Shown piece by piece: positions 9,196 through 18,700 of a DNA stretch of 64,000 nucleotides. The stretch is from Thermoflexus sp. (lineage in GTDB: Bacteria > Chloroflexota > Anaerolineae > Thermoflexales > Thermoflexaceae). The notes beneath the pieces are model-generated. The model did no database searches, had not been told where the DNA came from, and saw nothing but the letters and a program-made list of their open reading frames with translations. The DNA lies in NCBI RefSeq assembly GCF_042408815.1, contig NZ_JBHOQR010000005.1, positions 3,828 through 67,827 on the forward strand. The letters run 5' to 3'. Position 1 is the stretch's first letter. Every line of letters begins with the position of its first letter. Both the position numbers and the translations under genes were made by a program.

Positions 9196-10651
9196 CGGGC
9201 GCGCCTGGGGAAGCTGCCTGCTTCACCTGAGCCCACAACGCCTCCATTTCTTCCGGCGAGAGCTCCTGGAGCCGCCGGCCCTGCGCGGCGACAATGGCCT
9301 CCATCTGACGGAACCGGCGCGCGAAGCGGGCGTTGGCCTCCCGCAAGGCCGCCTCCGGATCGATCCCCCAGTGCCGGGCGAGCTGCGCCAGGGTGAAGAG
9401 CAGATCCCCAAACTCCGCCGCCCGATGGACCAGATCCGCCGCGGCGGCGATCTCTCGCAGCTCCTCCTGGAGCTTCTCAAGCACCCCCTCGGCGTCCGAC
9501 CAGTCGAACTTCAACCGGGCAGCCCGCTCGCCATAGGCTGCCGCCTGGGCCAGGGCGGGTAGGCCCTTCGGTACCCCATCCAGGATCGAGGCGGCCTGGC
9601 CCTGCTCCGCTTTCTCCTGCTGCTTGATCTGCTCCCAGTTCTCCAACACCTGCCGGACGCTGGTGACCCGCAGATCGCCGAACACGTGGGGATGGCGGCG
9701 GCGGATCTTCTCATTCACATGGGCGATGACCTCCGCCATCGAGAACTCCCCGCTTTCGACTGCGATCTGGCTATGGAAAACGATCTGCAGCAGGAGATCC
9801 CCCAGCTCCTCCTTCAGGCGGCCGGGATCATCCGCGTCCAGCGCCTCCAGGACCTCATAGGCCTCCTCTAGTAGGTTGGCGCGCAAGCTCTGGTGGGTCT
9901 GTTCCCGATCCCAGGGACAACCCTCGGGGGAACGGAGATGGGCGATGGTATCTTGGAACGTCTCGAAGGCGCCCGGCCGGGCCAGGGGCGGCACATACAG
10001 GGCGGTGAGCGGGGTGAAATCCGAGCGATGGTCCAGCTGATACAGCGGGAAGGTAACCTGCCGGGCCTCTGGAAGCCCCGCGGCGTCGATCAGCGTCACG
10101 GGATGCTCCGGAGGATACTGATTCATCAGGGTGAGCTTGAGATCGGCGGCCACCGTCCGGCTGTCCACCTGGGCGATCAGGGCCGGGCGATCGGGATTTA
10201 GCGGGGGATGATATCGCTCGGCCAGCTCAAAGGCGTCCGCGATCTGGAGGCCGTCCAGCGCGTCCAGGCCCAGGAGCTCCAGGGCGGTTTCGATGAAGCT
10301 GAGGCCGTGAACGATCCGGATGGGGATGCCGGCCCCGGCGGCCAGAGCGCGGATCCGGGCCACGGTCGCTTCCCCCACGAAGGGCGAGCCGGGCACCGCG
10401 TAGCAGACGCCCTCCGGCCGCCGGCCCAGCTCCAGGACCGTGTGGGCGATCCGCTCGTAGACCGCCTCCAGGTTCTCCGCTTCCGCGTAGACCGCATCGA
10501 AGTCGTAAACCACCAGATGAGGCGGCAGCGCCGCCACTGCCGGATGCCGCCGGGTCCGCACATAGATCTCCCGAAGCCCCTCCAGAACCTCCATCGTCTC
10601 CCGGGTCCAGTATCGAGGATCCCCGGGGCCCAAACCCATGATGATGATCAC
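9170..10651 (-). CDS. mazG: MazG nucleoside triphosphate pyrophosphohydrolase fused to N-terminal tetrapyrrole-methylase-like domain (YabN-type)
   Basis: N-terminus IIIMGLGPGDP (TP_methylase-like); C-terminal tandem MazG EExxE motifs (LLEEAYEVLEA, KLQEELREIAAA). Confidence 0.85.
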   Translation of the reverse strand: MIIIMGLGPGDPRYWTRETMEVLEGLREIYVRTRRHPAVAALPPHLVVYDFDAVYAEAENLEAVYERIAHTVLELGRRPEGVCYAVPGSPFVGEATVARIRALAAGAGIPIRIVHGLSFIETALELLGLDALDGLQIADAFELAERYHPPLNPDRPALIAQVDSRTVAADLKLTLMNQYPPEHPVTLIDAAGLPEARQVTFPLYQLDHRSDFTPLTALYVPPLARPGAFETFQDTIAHLRSPEGCPWDREQTHQSLRANLLEEAYEVLEALDADDPGRLKEELGDLLLQIVFHSQIAVESGEFSMAEVIAHVNEKIRRRHPHVFGDLRVTSVRQVLENWEQIKQQEKAEQGQAASILDGVPKGLPALAQAAAYGERAARLKFDWSDAEGVLEKLQEELREIAAAADLVHRAAEFGDLLFTLAQLARHWGIDPEAALREANARFARRFRQMEAIVAAQGRRLQELSPEEMEALWAQVKQAASPGAPDGHADSSL

Positions 10652-10675
10652 GCCCCATCCTCCCGGGAAAAGAGA

Positions 10676-12040
10676 TCAGATGGGCGCCGCCCGATCCTCC
10701 AGCGGATGGGCTATGGTCCGGGGAAGATACCAGCCCACCGTCCGGTTGGCGCGCGTGAGATACGCGCGAGCGACCCGTTGCACGTCCTCGGGGGTCACCT
10801 GGCCCAGGCGCTCCAGATAGGTCTCGAACCAGGTGTAATCCGCGAAGATCTCACTCCAGCCATACCAGAAGCCCTGGTTGGTCACCGACTCGCTGCTGTA
10901 AGCGAAGTCGGCGCGAGCCTGCTTGAGGGCCTTCGCGAACTCCTCCGGGCGGATGGGCTCGGATTGCAGACGCTGGATCTCGGCATCGATGATCGCCTCC
11001 GCCTCTTCCGGATGCCGGCCGGGCTGCAGGGTCACCGTGAGGCTGTAAAGGAAGGGGTCCACGGTGGGGATCAGGCTGCTTCCCACTTCAGCGGCGATCT
11101 GCGTCTCCACCAGGGCCCGGTAAAGCCGCGAGGTCTTATTGGACGTGCCGCCGCTGAAGCTGAGGGAACCCGAACCGGCTAGCACGGCGTTCAGGATCAC
11201 CAGGGGCATAAAGTCCGGATGGCTCGCCTCCGGGGCGTGATACGCGATCTCCAGGTAAGCGGTGTTCCCTTCCCCCTCCACGACCACCCGGCGTTCCCCC
11301 CGCTGGGGGGGCTCCGTCACCCGCAGGCGAGGGATCTCCAGGGCCGGGCGGATGCGACTGAAAGCCCGCTCAATGACCCGCAACGCCTCGGGGATGCGGA
11401 AATCCCCCACCGCCACCGCGATGGCATTGTTGGGCGCGTAATAAGTCCGGTAATGACGGTAGAGATCCTCCCGCGACATAGTCTGGAGATCCCCCGGCCA
11501 TCCGATGACCTCGTGGCCGTAAGGATGGGCCTGGAAGGCGAGGGCCTGCACCTGCTCGCTTAACAGGAAAAGGGGATGGTTCTCCGCCCCGTGCCGTTCG
11601 GAGAGGATCACCGTGCGCTCCGCCTCCACCTCCTTCGGGTGGAAGAGGGCCTTCGTCATCCGATCGGCCTCGATCTCCGGGGCGATGGTCCACCGATCGG
11701 AGGGCAAGGTCTCGAAATAAGCAGTGAAATCCAGCCAGGTCATCCCATTCCAGGCCCCCCCCTCCCGGGAGATTAGACGGTCCAGCGTCCCCTTCGGATA
11801 GGTGGGGGTGCCCTTGAAGAGCATATGCTCCACCCAATGGGAGATCCCGGTGAGGCCGGTGGGCTCATCCCGGCTCCCCACCCGATACCAGACCCAGAAG
11901 GTGACCACCGGGGCATGGTGCTGCTCTTTCAGCACCACCGTCAGCCCATTGTCCAGCGCCGTTTTCAGAAAACCGTCCCGGCGAACCGGACGGAACCGTC
12001 GGGAGATCCGGGAAGCCGATCGCCGCGTCATTGCCTTCAC
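10676..12040 (-). CDS. M16 (pitrilysin/insulinase) family zinc peptidase
   Basis: Inverted zinc motif HWVEH in GISHWVEHMLFKGT, ~450 aa two-domain layout; start GTG 12040 or ATG 12031. Confidence 0.9.
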   Translation of the reverse strand: MKAMTRRSASRISRRFRPVRRDGFLKTALDNGLTVVLKEQHHAPVVTFWVWYRVGSRDEPTGLTGISHWVEHMLFKGTPTYPKGTLDRLISREGGAWNGMTWLDFTAYFETLPSDRWTIAPEIEADRMTKALFHPKEVEAERTVILSERHGAENHPLFLLSEQVQALAFQAHPYGHEVIGWPGDLQTMSREDLYRHYRTYYAPNNAIAVAVGDFRIPEALRVIERAFSRIRPALEIPRLRVTEPPQRGERRVVVEGEGNTAYLEIAYHAPEASHPDFMPLVILNAVLAGSGSLSFSGGTSNKTSRLYRALVETQIAAEVGSSLIPTVDPFLYSLTVTLQPGRHPEEAEAIIDAEIQRLQSEPIRPEEFAKALKQARADFAYSSESVTNQGFWYGWSEIFADYTWFETYLERLGQVTPEDVQRVARAYLTRANRTVGWYLPRTIAHPLEDRAAPI

Positions 12041-12276
12041 CTCAACAGATGAGGCAGCAGGAAAGCCAGGGCCATCTGGCCGCCGAGGAGGAGCGCGGCC
12101 AGAATGCCAATGCGGCGCAGATCCCGCCGCACATAGGAGTAATCATAATTCGCCAGGCTGGATGCCGGCCGTCGGGACGAAGCCGGCAAAGCGGACACCG
12201 GGATCTCCCGGGCCGGGGCCGGAACCGCCCGGACCGGGGTGGAAGGGGTGGATCGCACCCGTCGTTTCTTGGCCAT
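12037..12276 (-). CDS. Small membrane protein (79 aa), hypothetical
   Basis: Basic N-terminus plus one C-terminal TM helix (IGILAALLLGGQMALAFLL); stop overlaps the M16 start (GTGA). Confidence 0.45.
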   Translation of the reverse strand: MAKKRRVRSTPSTPVRAVPAPAREIPVSALPASSRRPASSLANYDYSYVRRDLRRIGILAALLLGGQMALAFLLPHLLR

Positions 12277-12404
12277 TGGGTTCCCCTCCCGTCAGGAAGG
12301 TCATTGTCTATGCGGACAGTCCGAACGTCTCCTCCCGCCTCGAGACGGCGGGGGGAGAAGGGAAGAGCCCGGGGGCAGAGCGGCTCGCCGGATCCCGCCC
12401 GGTG

Positions 12405-13970
12405 TCAGCGGGCGATCTCCACCGCTCGGGTCTCCCGGATCACGGTGACCTTGATCTGCCCGGGATACTGCATAGTCTCCTCGATCTTGCGGGCGATCTC
12501 CCGGGACATCCGGATGATGGCGAGGTCATCCACCTCCTCGGGCTTCACGATGATGCGGATCTCCCGGCCGGCCTGAATGGCGTAGCATTCAGCGACGCCG
12601 GGATAGGAGCGGGCCAGGTTCTCCAGATCCTGGATCCGCTTGAGATACATCTCCAAGGTCTCCCGGCGGGCGCCGGGCCGGGCGCCGGAGATGGCATCGG
12701 CGGCCTCGACGATCACCGCCTCGATGCACTCCTGCGGGACCTCGTGGTGGTGACTGGCGATGCAATTGACCACCTTGGGCGGCGCCCCATAGCGTCGGGC
12801 CAGCTCCGCGCCGATCAGGGCGTGGGTGCCCTCCACCTGATGGTCTACGGCCTTCCCGATGTCATGCAACAGCCCACCCATCCGGGCGATCCGCACATCG
12901 GCGCCCAGCTCCGCAGCGATCATCCCGGCCAGCCAGGCCACCTCGACCGCGTGATGCAACTGGTTCTGACCGTAACTGGTTCGGAACTTCAAACGGCCCA
13001 GGAGGCGGATGAGCTCGGGATGCAGGCCGGTGACCCCTGCCGCGGCCGCGGCCTGCTGGCCTTCTTCCCAGATGATCCGCTCCACCTCCTCTCGAGCCTC
13101 GGCCACCACCTTCTCGATCCGCGCCGGATGGATCCGCCCGTCCTGGATCAGGCGGGTGAGGGCGACGCGGGCGATCTCCCGGCGCACCGGGTCATGGGAA
13201 GAGAGGGTGATGGCCTCTGGGGTGTCATCCACAATGATCTCCACCCCGGTGATCTTCTCCAGGGCCCGGATGTTCCGACCGTTCCGTCCGATGATGCGCC
13301 CTTTCATCTCATCGTTCGGCAGGGGCACCACCGAGACGGTCAATTCAGCGACCTGCTCGCTGGCGATGCGCTGGATGGCGGTGGCAATGATCTCGCGGGC
13401 GCGCTCCTCCGCCTGAATCCGGGCCTCAGCCTCGATCTGGCGGTAAAGGCGTGCCATATCCTCCCGCGCCTCTTTTTCCACCATCTCCAGCAGGGCCTGA
13501 CGGGCCTGCTCGACGGTCATCCCGGCGACCTGCTCCAGGGCGGCCCGACGCTCCTCCTCAAAGCGGCTGATCGCCGCCTGCAGCTGAGCGCTCTGGCGAT
13601 CCAGCTCCGCCTGACGCTCATTCAAACGGCGCTCCTGCTTCTCCAGCCGTTCCGCCCGGCGATCCAGCTCTTCCCGTCGATGACGCAGACGCTCTTCTTC
13701 CTTGCGGAGGTCAGCCCGCCACCGGCGTAGCTCCGATTCGGTCGCCTCCCGAAGGCGAAGGGCTTCATCTTTGGCCTGGAGAAGAAGCTCCGCCGCCTGT
13801 TGTTTGGCTTCCTCGAGCAGCCGTTGGGATTCCTGCCGGGCGGCTTCGATCTCGCTCCGGAGCTGTTCTCGAACCCGTTGCTGGACCAGTCGCTTTCCTA
13901 GGAACCATCCCAGCGCACCGCCGCCAATGACTCCCATTGCGGCCAGTGGGATAAGGATCAGCCAGTCCAT
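12405..13970 (-). CDS. rny: Ribonuclease Y
   Basis: N-terminal TM helix, long coiled coil, KH domain ([15 protein letters not shown]), HD domain (LLHDIGKA). Confidence 0.95.
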   Translation of the reverse strand: MDWLILIPLAAMGVIGGGALGWFLGKRLVQQRVREQLRSEIEAARQESQRLLEEAKQQAAELLLQAKDEALRLREATESELRRWRADLRKEEERLRHRREELDRRAERLEKQERRLNERQAELDRQSAQLQAAISRFEEERRAALEQVAGMTVEQARQALLEMVEKEAREDMARLYRQIEAEARIQAEERAREIIATAIQRIASEQVAELTVSVVPLPNDEMKGRIIGRNGRNIRALEKITGVEIIVDDTPEAITLSSHDPVRREIARVALTRLIQDGRIHPARIEKVVAEAREEVERIIWEEGQQAAAAAGVTGLHPELIRLLGRLKFRTSYGQNQLHHAVEVAWLAGMIAAELGADVRIARMGGLLHDIGKAVDHQVEGTHALIGAELARRYGAPPKVVNCIASHHHEVPQECIEAVIVEAADAISGARPGARRETLEMYLKRIQDLENLARSYPGVAECYAIQAGREIRIIVKPEEVDDLAIIRMSREIARKIEETMQYPGQIKVTVIRETRAVEIAR

Positions 13971-14064
13971 GACGCATCCTGTCTGAGTTGAGATGCGGGA
14001 AAACCCCTGCTTCTGGAGATCTGGAGCGACCGGCCCCCAGCACCCCCATCGGACCTGCGCTGAC

Positions 14065-14700
14065 TTAATCCTCCGGATCCTCCCCCTCCTCCTGCCCTAG
14101 GGTTCGAAGGATCTCCCCCACCAGCTCCCCATCGAACCCCCGGCGGATGAGGTATCCAGCCAGGCGCCGCCGGAAGGTGCGGGGATCCAGACCTTGCCAC
14201 CTCCGGGCCCGTTCCCGGGCCAGGCGCAGGGCGAGGGCGCGTTCATCAGGAGAGGTCTCCTGGAGGACCTCCCGGATGATGGCAAGGGGAACGCCTTTGC
14301 GCCGGAGCTCGGCCTGGAGGGCCCGGCGGCTACGCGGCCGGAACGCTGTCCGACTCTCCACCCAGAACCGGGCGAAGGCCCGATCATCTACCAGCCCCAC
14401 GCGCCGGAGCCGTTCCAGCTCCGCTTCCACAGTCTGAGCATCGAAGCCCTTCCGGCGCAGGTAGTCAGCGACCTCTCGTTCGCTGCGGGGGCGATAACTC
14501 AGGAACCGGAGGGCGAGCTCATGGGCCTGTTCCCGGAGATCTCGCTCCAGGAGCTGGCCGATCTCCTCATCGGTGAGCACCTGGCCCGGGCGCAGCCGCG
14601 CGGCCTCCACAGCCGTCAGCTGGAACGCCCGGTGGCCATCCAGATAAACGGCCACACGGCCGCTTTTCAGCGCTCGCAAACCGGTGATCCGACCGCCCAT
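14065..14700 (-). CDS. recX: Recombination regulator RecX
   Basis: Repeated three-helix RecX pattern ([22 protein letters not shown]), immediately downstream of recA. Confidence 0.85.
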   Translation of the reverse strand: MGGRITGLRALKSGRVAVYLDGHRAFQLTAVEAARLRPGQVLTDEEIGQLLERDLREQAHELALRFLSYRPRSEREVADYLRRKGFDAQTVEAELERLRRVGLVDDRAFARFWVESRTAFRPRSRRALQAELRRKGVPLAIIREVLQETSPDERALALRLARERARRWQGLDPRTFRRRLAGYLIRRGFDGELVGEILRTLGQEEGEDPED

Positions 14701-14783
14701 GAAGCCTCTGGGCGAAGAGAAATCCCTGGCGGGGAAGCGGGTCTCGTCTTCCTGGCCGGCGATCCCCGAGCTCCTCCGGCCGG

Positions 14784-15845
14784 TTATTCGGCCTCCAGGA
14801 TGGGAACGGCCTCCTCGGCGCCCTCCGCGCTCACCCCCAGGCGTTTGAGGGAGGCCGCACGGGCGGCGTTTTCCCGGATCTGGCGCTCCAGCTCCTCCAG
14901 TAATTCCGGATGGGCTTTCAGGAACTCACGGGCGTTCTCCCGGCCCTGCCCCAGGCGGGTGTCTCCATACAGAAAGAAAGTGCCCCGCTTGGTGACCAGC
15001 CCCAGCTCGGTCGCCAGATCCAGGATATCCCCGGCCTTGCTGATCCCCTCATTGTAGAGGATATCGAACTCCGCCTCGCGGAAGGGCGGAGCCACCTTGT
15101 TCTTCGTCACCCGAACCCGGACCCGGCTGCCGATGATCTCGCCGCCCGCTTTCAGGTTCTGCAGGCGACGGATCTCCAGGCGGACCGAGGCGTAGAACTT
15201 GAGGGCCATGCCGCCGGTGGTGGTCTCTGGGTTGCCGAACATCGTGCCGATCTTCATCCGCAGCTGGTTGGTGAAGAGCATCGCCGTGTTGGACTGGCGG
15301 ATGGCCCCAGCAAGCTTGCGCAGGGCCTGGCTCATCAGGCGCGCCTGGAGCCCCACGTGGGCGTCGCCCATCTCCCCCTCGATCTCCGCCCGTGGCACCA
15401 GCGCGGCCACCGAGTCCACCACCACGACATCCACGGCCCCGCTGCGAATCAGGGTCTCCGCAATCTCCAGGGCCTGCTCCCCGGTGTCCGGCTGCGCCAC
15501 ATACAGGTTATCGACATCCACGCCGCATCGCGCGGCATACTGGGGATCGAGGGCATGCTCCATGTCGATGAAGGCCGCGATCCCACCTCGCCTCTGAGCC
15601 TCCGCGATGACATGAAGGCAGAGGGTCGTCTTCCCGGAGGCTTCCGGGCCGTAGATCTCGGTAATCCGCCCTCGGGGGATCCCCCCTACGCCTAAGGCCA
15701 GATCCAGGGCCAGGGAGCCTGTGGGGATCACGTCCACCGGCTGCTGTGCCGCCTCCCCCAGGCGCATGATCGTTCCTTCCCCAAATCGTTTCGTCAGCGT
15801 TAACACCGCGGTCTCCAGGGCCTTTCGCCGCGCGTCGTTCCCCAT
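14784..15845 (-). CDS. recA: Recombinase RecA
   Basis: Full-length RecA: Walker [11 protein letters not shown]1/L2 regions, 353 aa, no intein. Confidence 0.98.
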   Translation of the reverse strand: MGNDARRKALETAVLTLTKRFGEGTIMRLGEAAQQPVDVIPTGSLALDLALGVGGIPRGRITEIYGPEASGKTTLCLHVIAEAQRRGGIAAFIDMEHALDPQYAARCGVDVDNLYVAQPDTGEQALEIAETLIRSGAVDVVVVDSVAALVPRAEIEGEMGDAHVGLQARLMSQALRKLAGAIRQSNTAMLFTNQLRMKIGTMFGNPETTTGGMALKFYASVRLEIRRLQNLKAGGEIIGSRVRVRVTKNKVAPPFREAEFDILYNEGISKAGDILDLATELGLVTKRGTFFLYGDTRLGQGRENAREFLKAHPELLEELERQIRENAARAASLKRLGVSAEGAEEAVPILEAE

Positions 15846-15928
15846 CGCTCACCTCTCTCCACAGGCTGGGTCCGCAGACCGGTCGCCTCTCAGGACATCA
15901 TCCGATGGATACCCCATGCTTTAAACAT

Positions 15929-15957
15929 AGTTTACGTTTGGAGAGTCCAGCATGCAA
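15929..15957 (-). promoter_or_regulatory. Candidate recA promoter with a palindrome overlapping the -10
   Basis: Minus strand TTGCAT(15957-15952), 17-nt spacer, TAAACT(15934-15929); perfect palindrome TAAAC-ATA-GTTTA at 15922-15934. Confidence 0.4.
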
Positions 15958-16127
15958 ACCTGTGCAGGGAACTCCACCGGCTTTGCCCCATCGGGCTCCA
16001 ACCAGGAAGATAGAACATCCCCTCACGGGGGTTCGGACGGGAAGGCTTTGGGATGGGGAGCTCCGGCTTCTGCAAATCCCGGCGAACCGGACTAAGATGA
16101 AGAAGCCAGCTCGTAGAGGGGAAAGGC

Positions 16128-17321
16128 ATGGTGCGAGTTCCCCGCTTGGTGCTGTTCTTGGTCGCCTTCGCGGCGCTCATTTATGTCACGGAGCGGTTGT
16201 GGCAGCTGTTCACCATGTTCGCCGACCTGGTCCGCATGCTGGCCCTGGCCTGGCTGCTGGCCTACGTGCTGCATCCTCTGGTGGCCTGGCTGGATCGCGG
16301 GCCGTTCCCCGAGCCATGGCTGGAGGGCCTGATCCGGCGGGGGGCACCTCTATGGCTTCGCGTCCTCACGCGCTTCCGGATCCCCTACCCCATCGGGGCC
16401 ACGCTGGTTTACATCGGCCTGCTCGCAGCGATCCTGATCGGCCTGCTGCTGGGAGTGCCCCTGCTGGTTCCCCAGGCCCTGGAGCTCACGACGCTGCTCG
16501 CTTCCTATTTTCAGAAGGCGCCGGAGATCCTGGTGGAGCTCCAGCGGGATCTGGCCGCGCGCTTCAACGTCCCGGTGGAATCCCTGGCGATCCTTCCCTC
16601 CCGGGAAGCCTGGCAGGATCTGGCGCGGCTGGGGGCCGGGTGGGTGCTCCCCATCCTGGTGGAAACCGCGCGGCGGATCGGGGGCGGGCTGGTGGAATTC
16701 CTGCTGATCTTGGCCTTGAGCTATTATACGATGTTGGACTGGCACAACCTTTCCCGGCAGATCCTCGCGCTGATCCCACCGGCGTATCACGATGAGATCC
16801 GGGCGACCGCGGCGATCCTGGATCGCACCTTCGGGGGCTTCCTCCGAGGGCAATTGCTGATCGCGCTGATCAACGGGCTGGTGACCTGGGGGGTGATGGT
16901 GGCCTTCGGCGCCCCTTTTGCTGGCCTGATCGCCTTGCTCGCGGGGCTGGTCATCCTGATCCCTCTCATCGGAGCGCCCATCGCCCTCTGGGGGCCTCCG
17001 CTCACCCTATGGCTCCGGGGGGAGTGGAGCGCCGGGCTCTGGATGTGGATCGTCCTGCTGATCTACCAGCAGGTCCTTTTTCATCTCCTAGTCCCTCGCA
17101 TGCTGGGGGAGGCCACCGGGTTGCCCCCTTTACTGACGCTGATCGCCGTTCTCGTGGGAGTGCGCCTCCTCGGCTTCTGGGGATTCATCTTCGCCATCCC
17201 AATAGCCGGCGCCGGATACAGCCTGGCATTTCTGCTGCTGACCTCCCGGAGCGCTTCTACCCGAGCGCCGGAGCCGTCCGCGGGATCACCGTCCATTGAT
17301 CCGATCGAAGATCGTAAATGA
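16128..17321 (+). CDS. AI-2E family transporter (PerM/UPF0118)
   Basis: ~8 TM helices with an AI-2E-like layout and conserved central/C-terminal blocks (FLRGQLLIALINGL.., PLIGAPIALW). Confidence 0.85.
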   Translation: MVRVPRLVLFLVAFAALIYVTERLWQLFTMFADLVRMLALAWLLAYVLHPLVAWLDRGPFPEPWLEGLIRRGAPLWLRVLTRFRIPYPIGATLVYIGLLAAILIGLLLGVPLLVPQALELTTLLASYFQKAPEILVELQRDLAARFNVPVESLAILPSREAWQDLARLGAGWVLPILVETARRIGGGLVEFLLILALSYYTMLDWHNLSRQILALIPPAYHDEIRATAAILDRTFGGFLRGQLLIALINGLVTWGVMVAFGAPFAGLIALLAGLVILIPLIGAPIALWGPPLTLWLRGEWSAGLWMWIVLLIYQQVLFHLLVPRMLGEATGLPPLLTLIAVLVGVRLLGFWGFIFAIPIAGAGYSLAFLLLTSRSASTRAPEPSAGSPSIDPIEDRK

Positions 17322-17484
17322 GATCGAAGACCATTCCATCGGCGGTGCGCGCCCGGAATGCCAGCGTCTCCGGGGTTCGCCAGCGATGGAGGATCTCCGC
17401 CACCGCCTTCTCCGTTCCCTCCCATTCGAAAGATTCCGGTCGCTCCGGATAAGTCGATCCAGCGTAGCAACGCACCTTGGCCAT
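17257..17484 (-). CDS. Hypothetical small protein (~75 aa)
   Basis: Non-low-complexity ORF MAKVRCYAGSTYPERPESFEWEG...; no family recognised; 3' end overlaps the convergent AI-2E gene by 65 nt. Confidence 0.4.
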   Translation of the reverse strand: MAKVRCYAGSTYPERPESFEWEGTEKAVAEILHRWRTPETLAFRARTADGMVFDLIYDLRSDQWTVIPRTAPALG

Positions 17485-17704
17485 GGCGGTCCTCCTGGTC
17501 AAAACGATTCCGGAGAAAGGGGGCGCCGAAAACCATCTCGGGTCTCAGAAGGCGATTCGCCGTTGCGCTCGGAAAGCATGCCGGCCCGGGAACTTCCCGG
17601 GCCCGCCCATCGTTATTTTAAATCGGGCCCGGAGTCTTCGGGCTGAAATCGAGCGATGACCCCAATGCTCTTCCTCACCTCTCTGGAAGAAAAGGAGCGT
17701 TCCG

Positions 17705-18592
17705 ATGAGCATGAAAACGAAGATCGGGATGATCGGCATCGGGATGATCGGATGGCTGGCCGCATGTCAGATGGGCCACCCATCCCTCCCTTCCACGCCG
17801 ACGGCTTCGCCGGTCCCTCCTCAGCAGGCGCCTACGCTGACCTTTACGCCCACGCCCCCCACCCTTCAGGGGCCCTTCACGGTGGTCCTAGTTCCGCCCA
17901 CGGATCAGCTGAATGTGCGCGCTGGGCCAGGGCCCGATCAGCCGATCCTGACAACGTTGCCCCCGAACGCTTCCGGCCTGTTCCTCACGGGAAAGGAGGA
18001 GACCGTTGCGGGCGCCCGCTGGGTGGAGGTCCGCCTTCCCGACGGACGGATCGGCTGGGTGAACGCGATGTTCCTCACCCAAGAGGTGTCCCTCCAGGCG
18101 TTCTGCGCGGACCCCCAGGTAAACGCGTTGCTGGACCGGCTGGAGGCGGCCATCCGGGGGCGAGACGGCCCGGCGCTTGCGGCGCTGATCAGTCCCATCC
18201 ATGGGCTGCGCATTCACGTCAGCCGCATCAGCGATCCCGTCCTGATCCGACCGGAGCAGGCGGCCACCCTCTTCACCGATGAGACGCCCATCCGCTGGGG
18301 TGTTCATCCGGCCAGCGCCATGGAGATCGTGGGTCCCTTTCGGCAAGCCGTGCTGCCGGATCTCCTGGACGTCATCGGTCGCCCCCACGAACGGCACTGC
18401 GGCCTGCTGGTGCCTCCGGTCACTTATCAGCCGGCCTGGCCGGAATCTTATCAAGGGTTCCAATTTTATAGCCTGCACCGGCCAGGCACCCCGGGCAATG
18501 AGCTGGACTGGCGAACCTGGGTCGTGGGCATTGCATATATAAACGGTCATCCCTATGTGGCCGTGCTTATGCAATTTTTCTGGGAGCCTTAG
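17705..18592 (+). CDS. Lipoprotein with Pro/Thr linker and SH3b-like domain
   Basis: Lipobox GWLAAC, linker PTASPVPPQQAPTLTFTPTPP, SH3b-like block (LNVRAGPGPDQPIL...ARWVEVRLPDGRIGWVNAMFL). Confidence 0.7.
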   Translation: MSMKTKIGMIGIGMIGWLAACQMGHPSLPSTPTASPVPPQQAPTLTFTPTPPTLQGPFTVVLVPPTDQLNVRAGPGPDQPILTTLPPNASGLFLTGKEETVAGARWVEVRLPDGRIGWVNAMFLTQEVSLQAFCADPQVNALLDRLEAAIRGRDGPALAALISPIHGLRIHVSRISDPVLIRPEQAATLFTDETPIRWGVHPASAMEIVGPFRQAVLPDLLDVIGRPHERHCGLLVPPVTYQPAWPESYQGFQFYSLHRPGTPGNELDWRTWVVGIAYINGHPYVAVLMQFFWEP

Positions 18593-18700
18593 GGGTCTCC
18601 CCCTGAACTTTCCTGTTTGCTTTCGCCTTTCCTGTCGGATACACTCGTTGAGAACCATCCCACACTGGCTTCCCCCAATCCTTGGGAGCGAGCATGGGCC

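Noticed and set aside
11802-13730. 642-aa ORF on the plus strand
   Set aside because: Antisense to the clearly identified RNase Y and the end of the M16 peptidase; low-complexity Gly/Pro/Leu/Asp-rich translation with no domain signature.
15846-16127. Canonical LexA/Cheo box (GAAC-N4-GTTC) upstream of recA
   Set aside because: No match. The only GAAC...GTTC pair (about 16007-16034) has a 15-nt spacer. Only the non-canonical palindrome at 15922-15934 was kept, as a low-confidence finding.
17545-17739. 64-aa minus-strand ORF with a hydrophobic N-terminus upstream of the SH3b lipoprotein gene
   Set aside because: It overlaps the start of the lipoprotein gene on the opposite strand, and the remainder is Arg-rich with no RBS or family resemblance.
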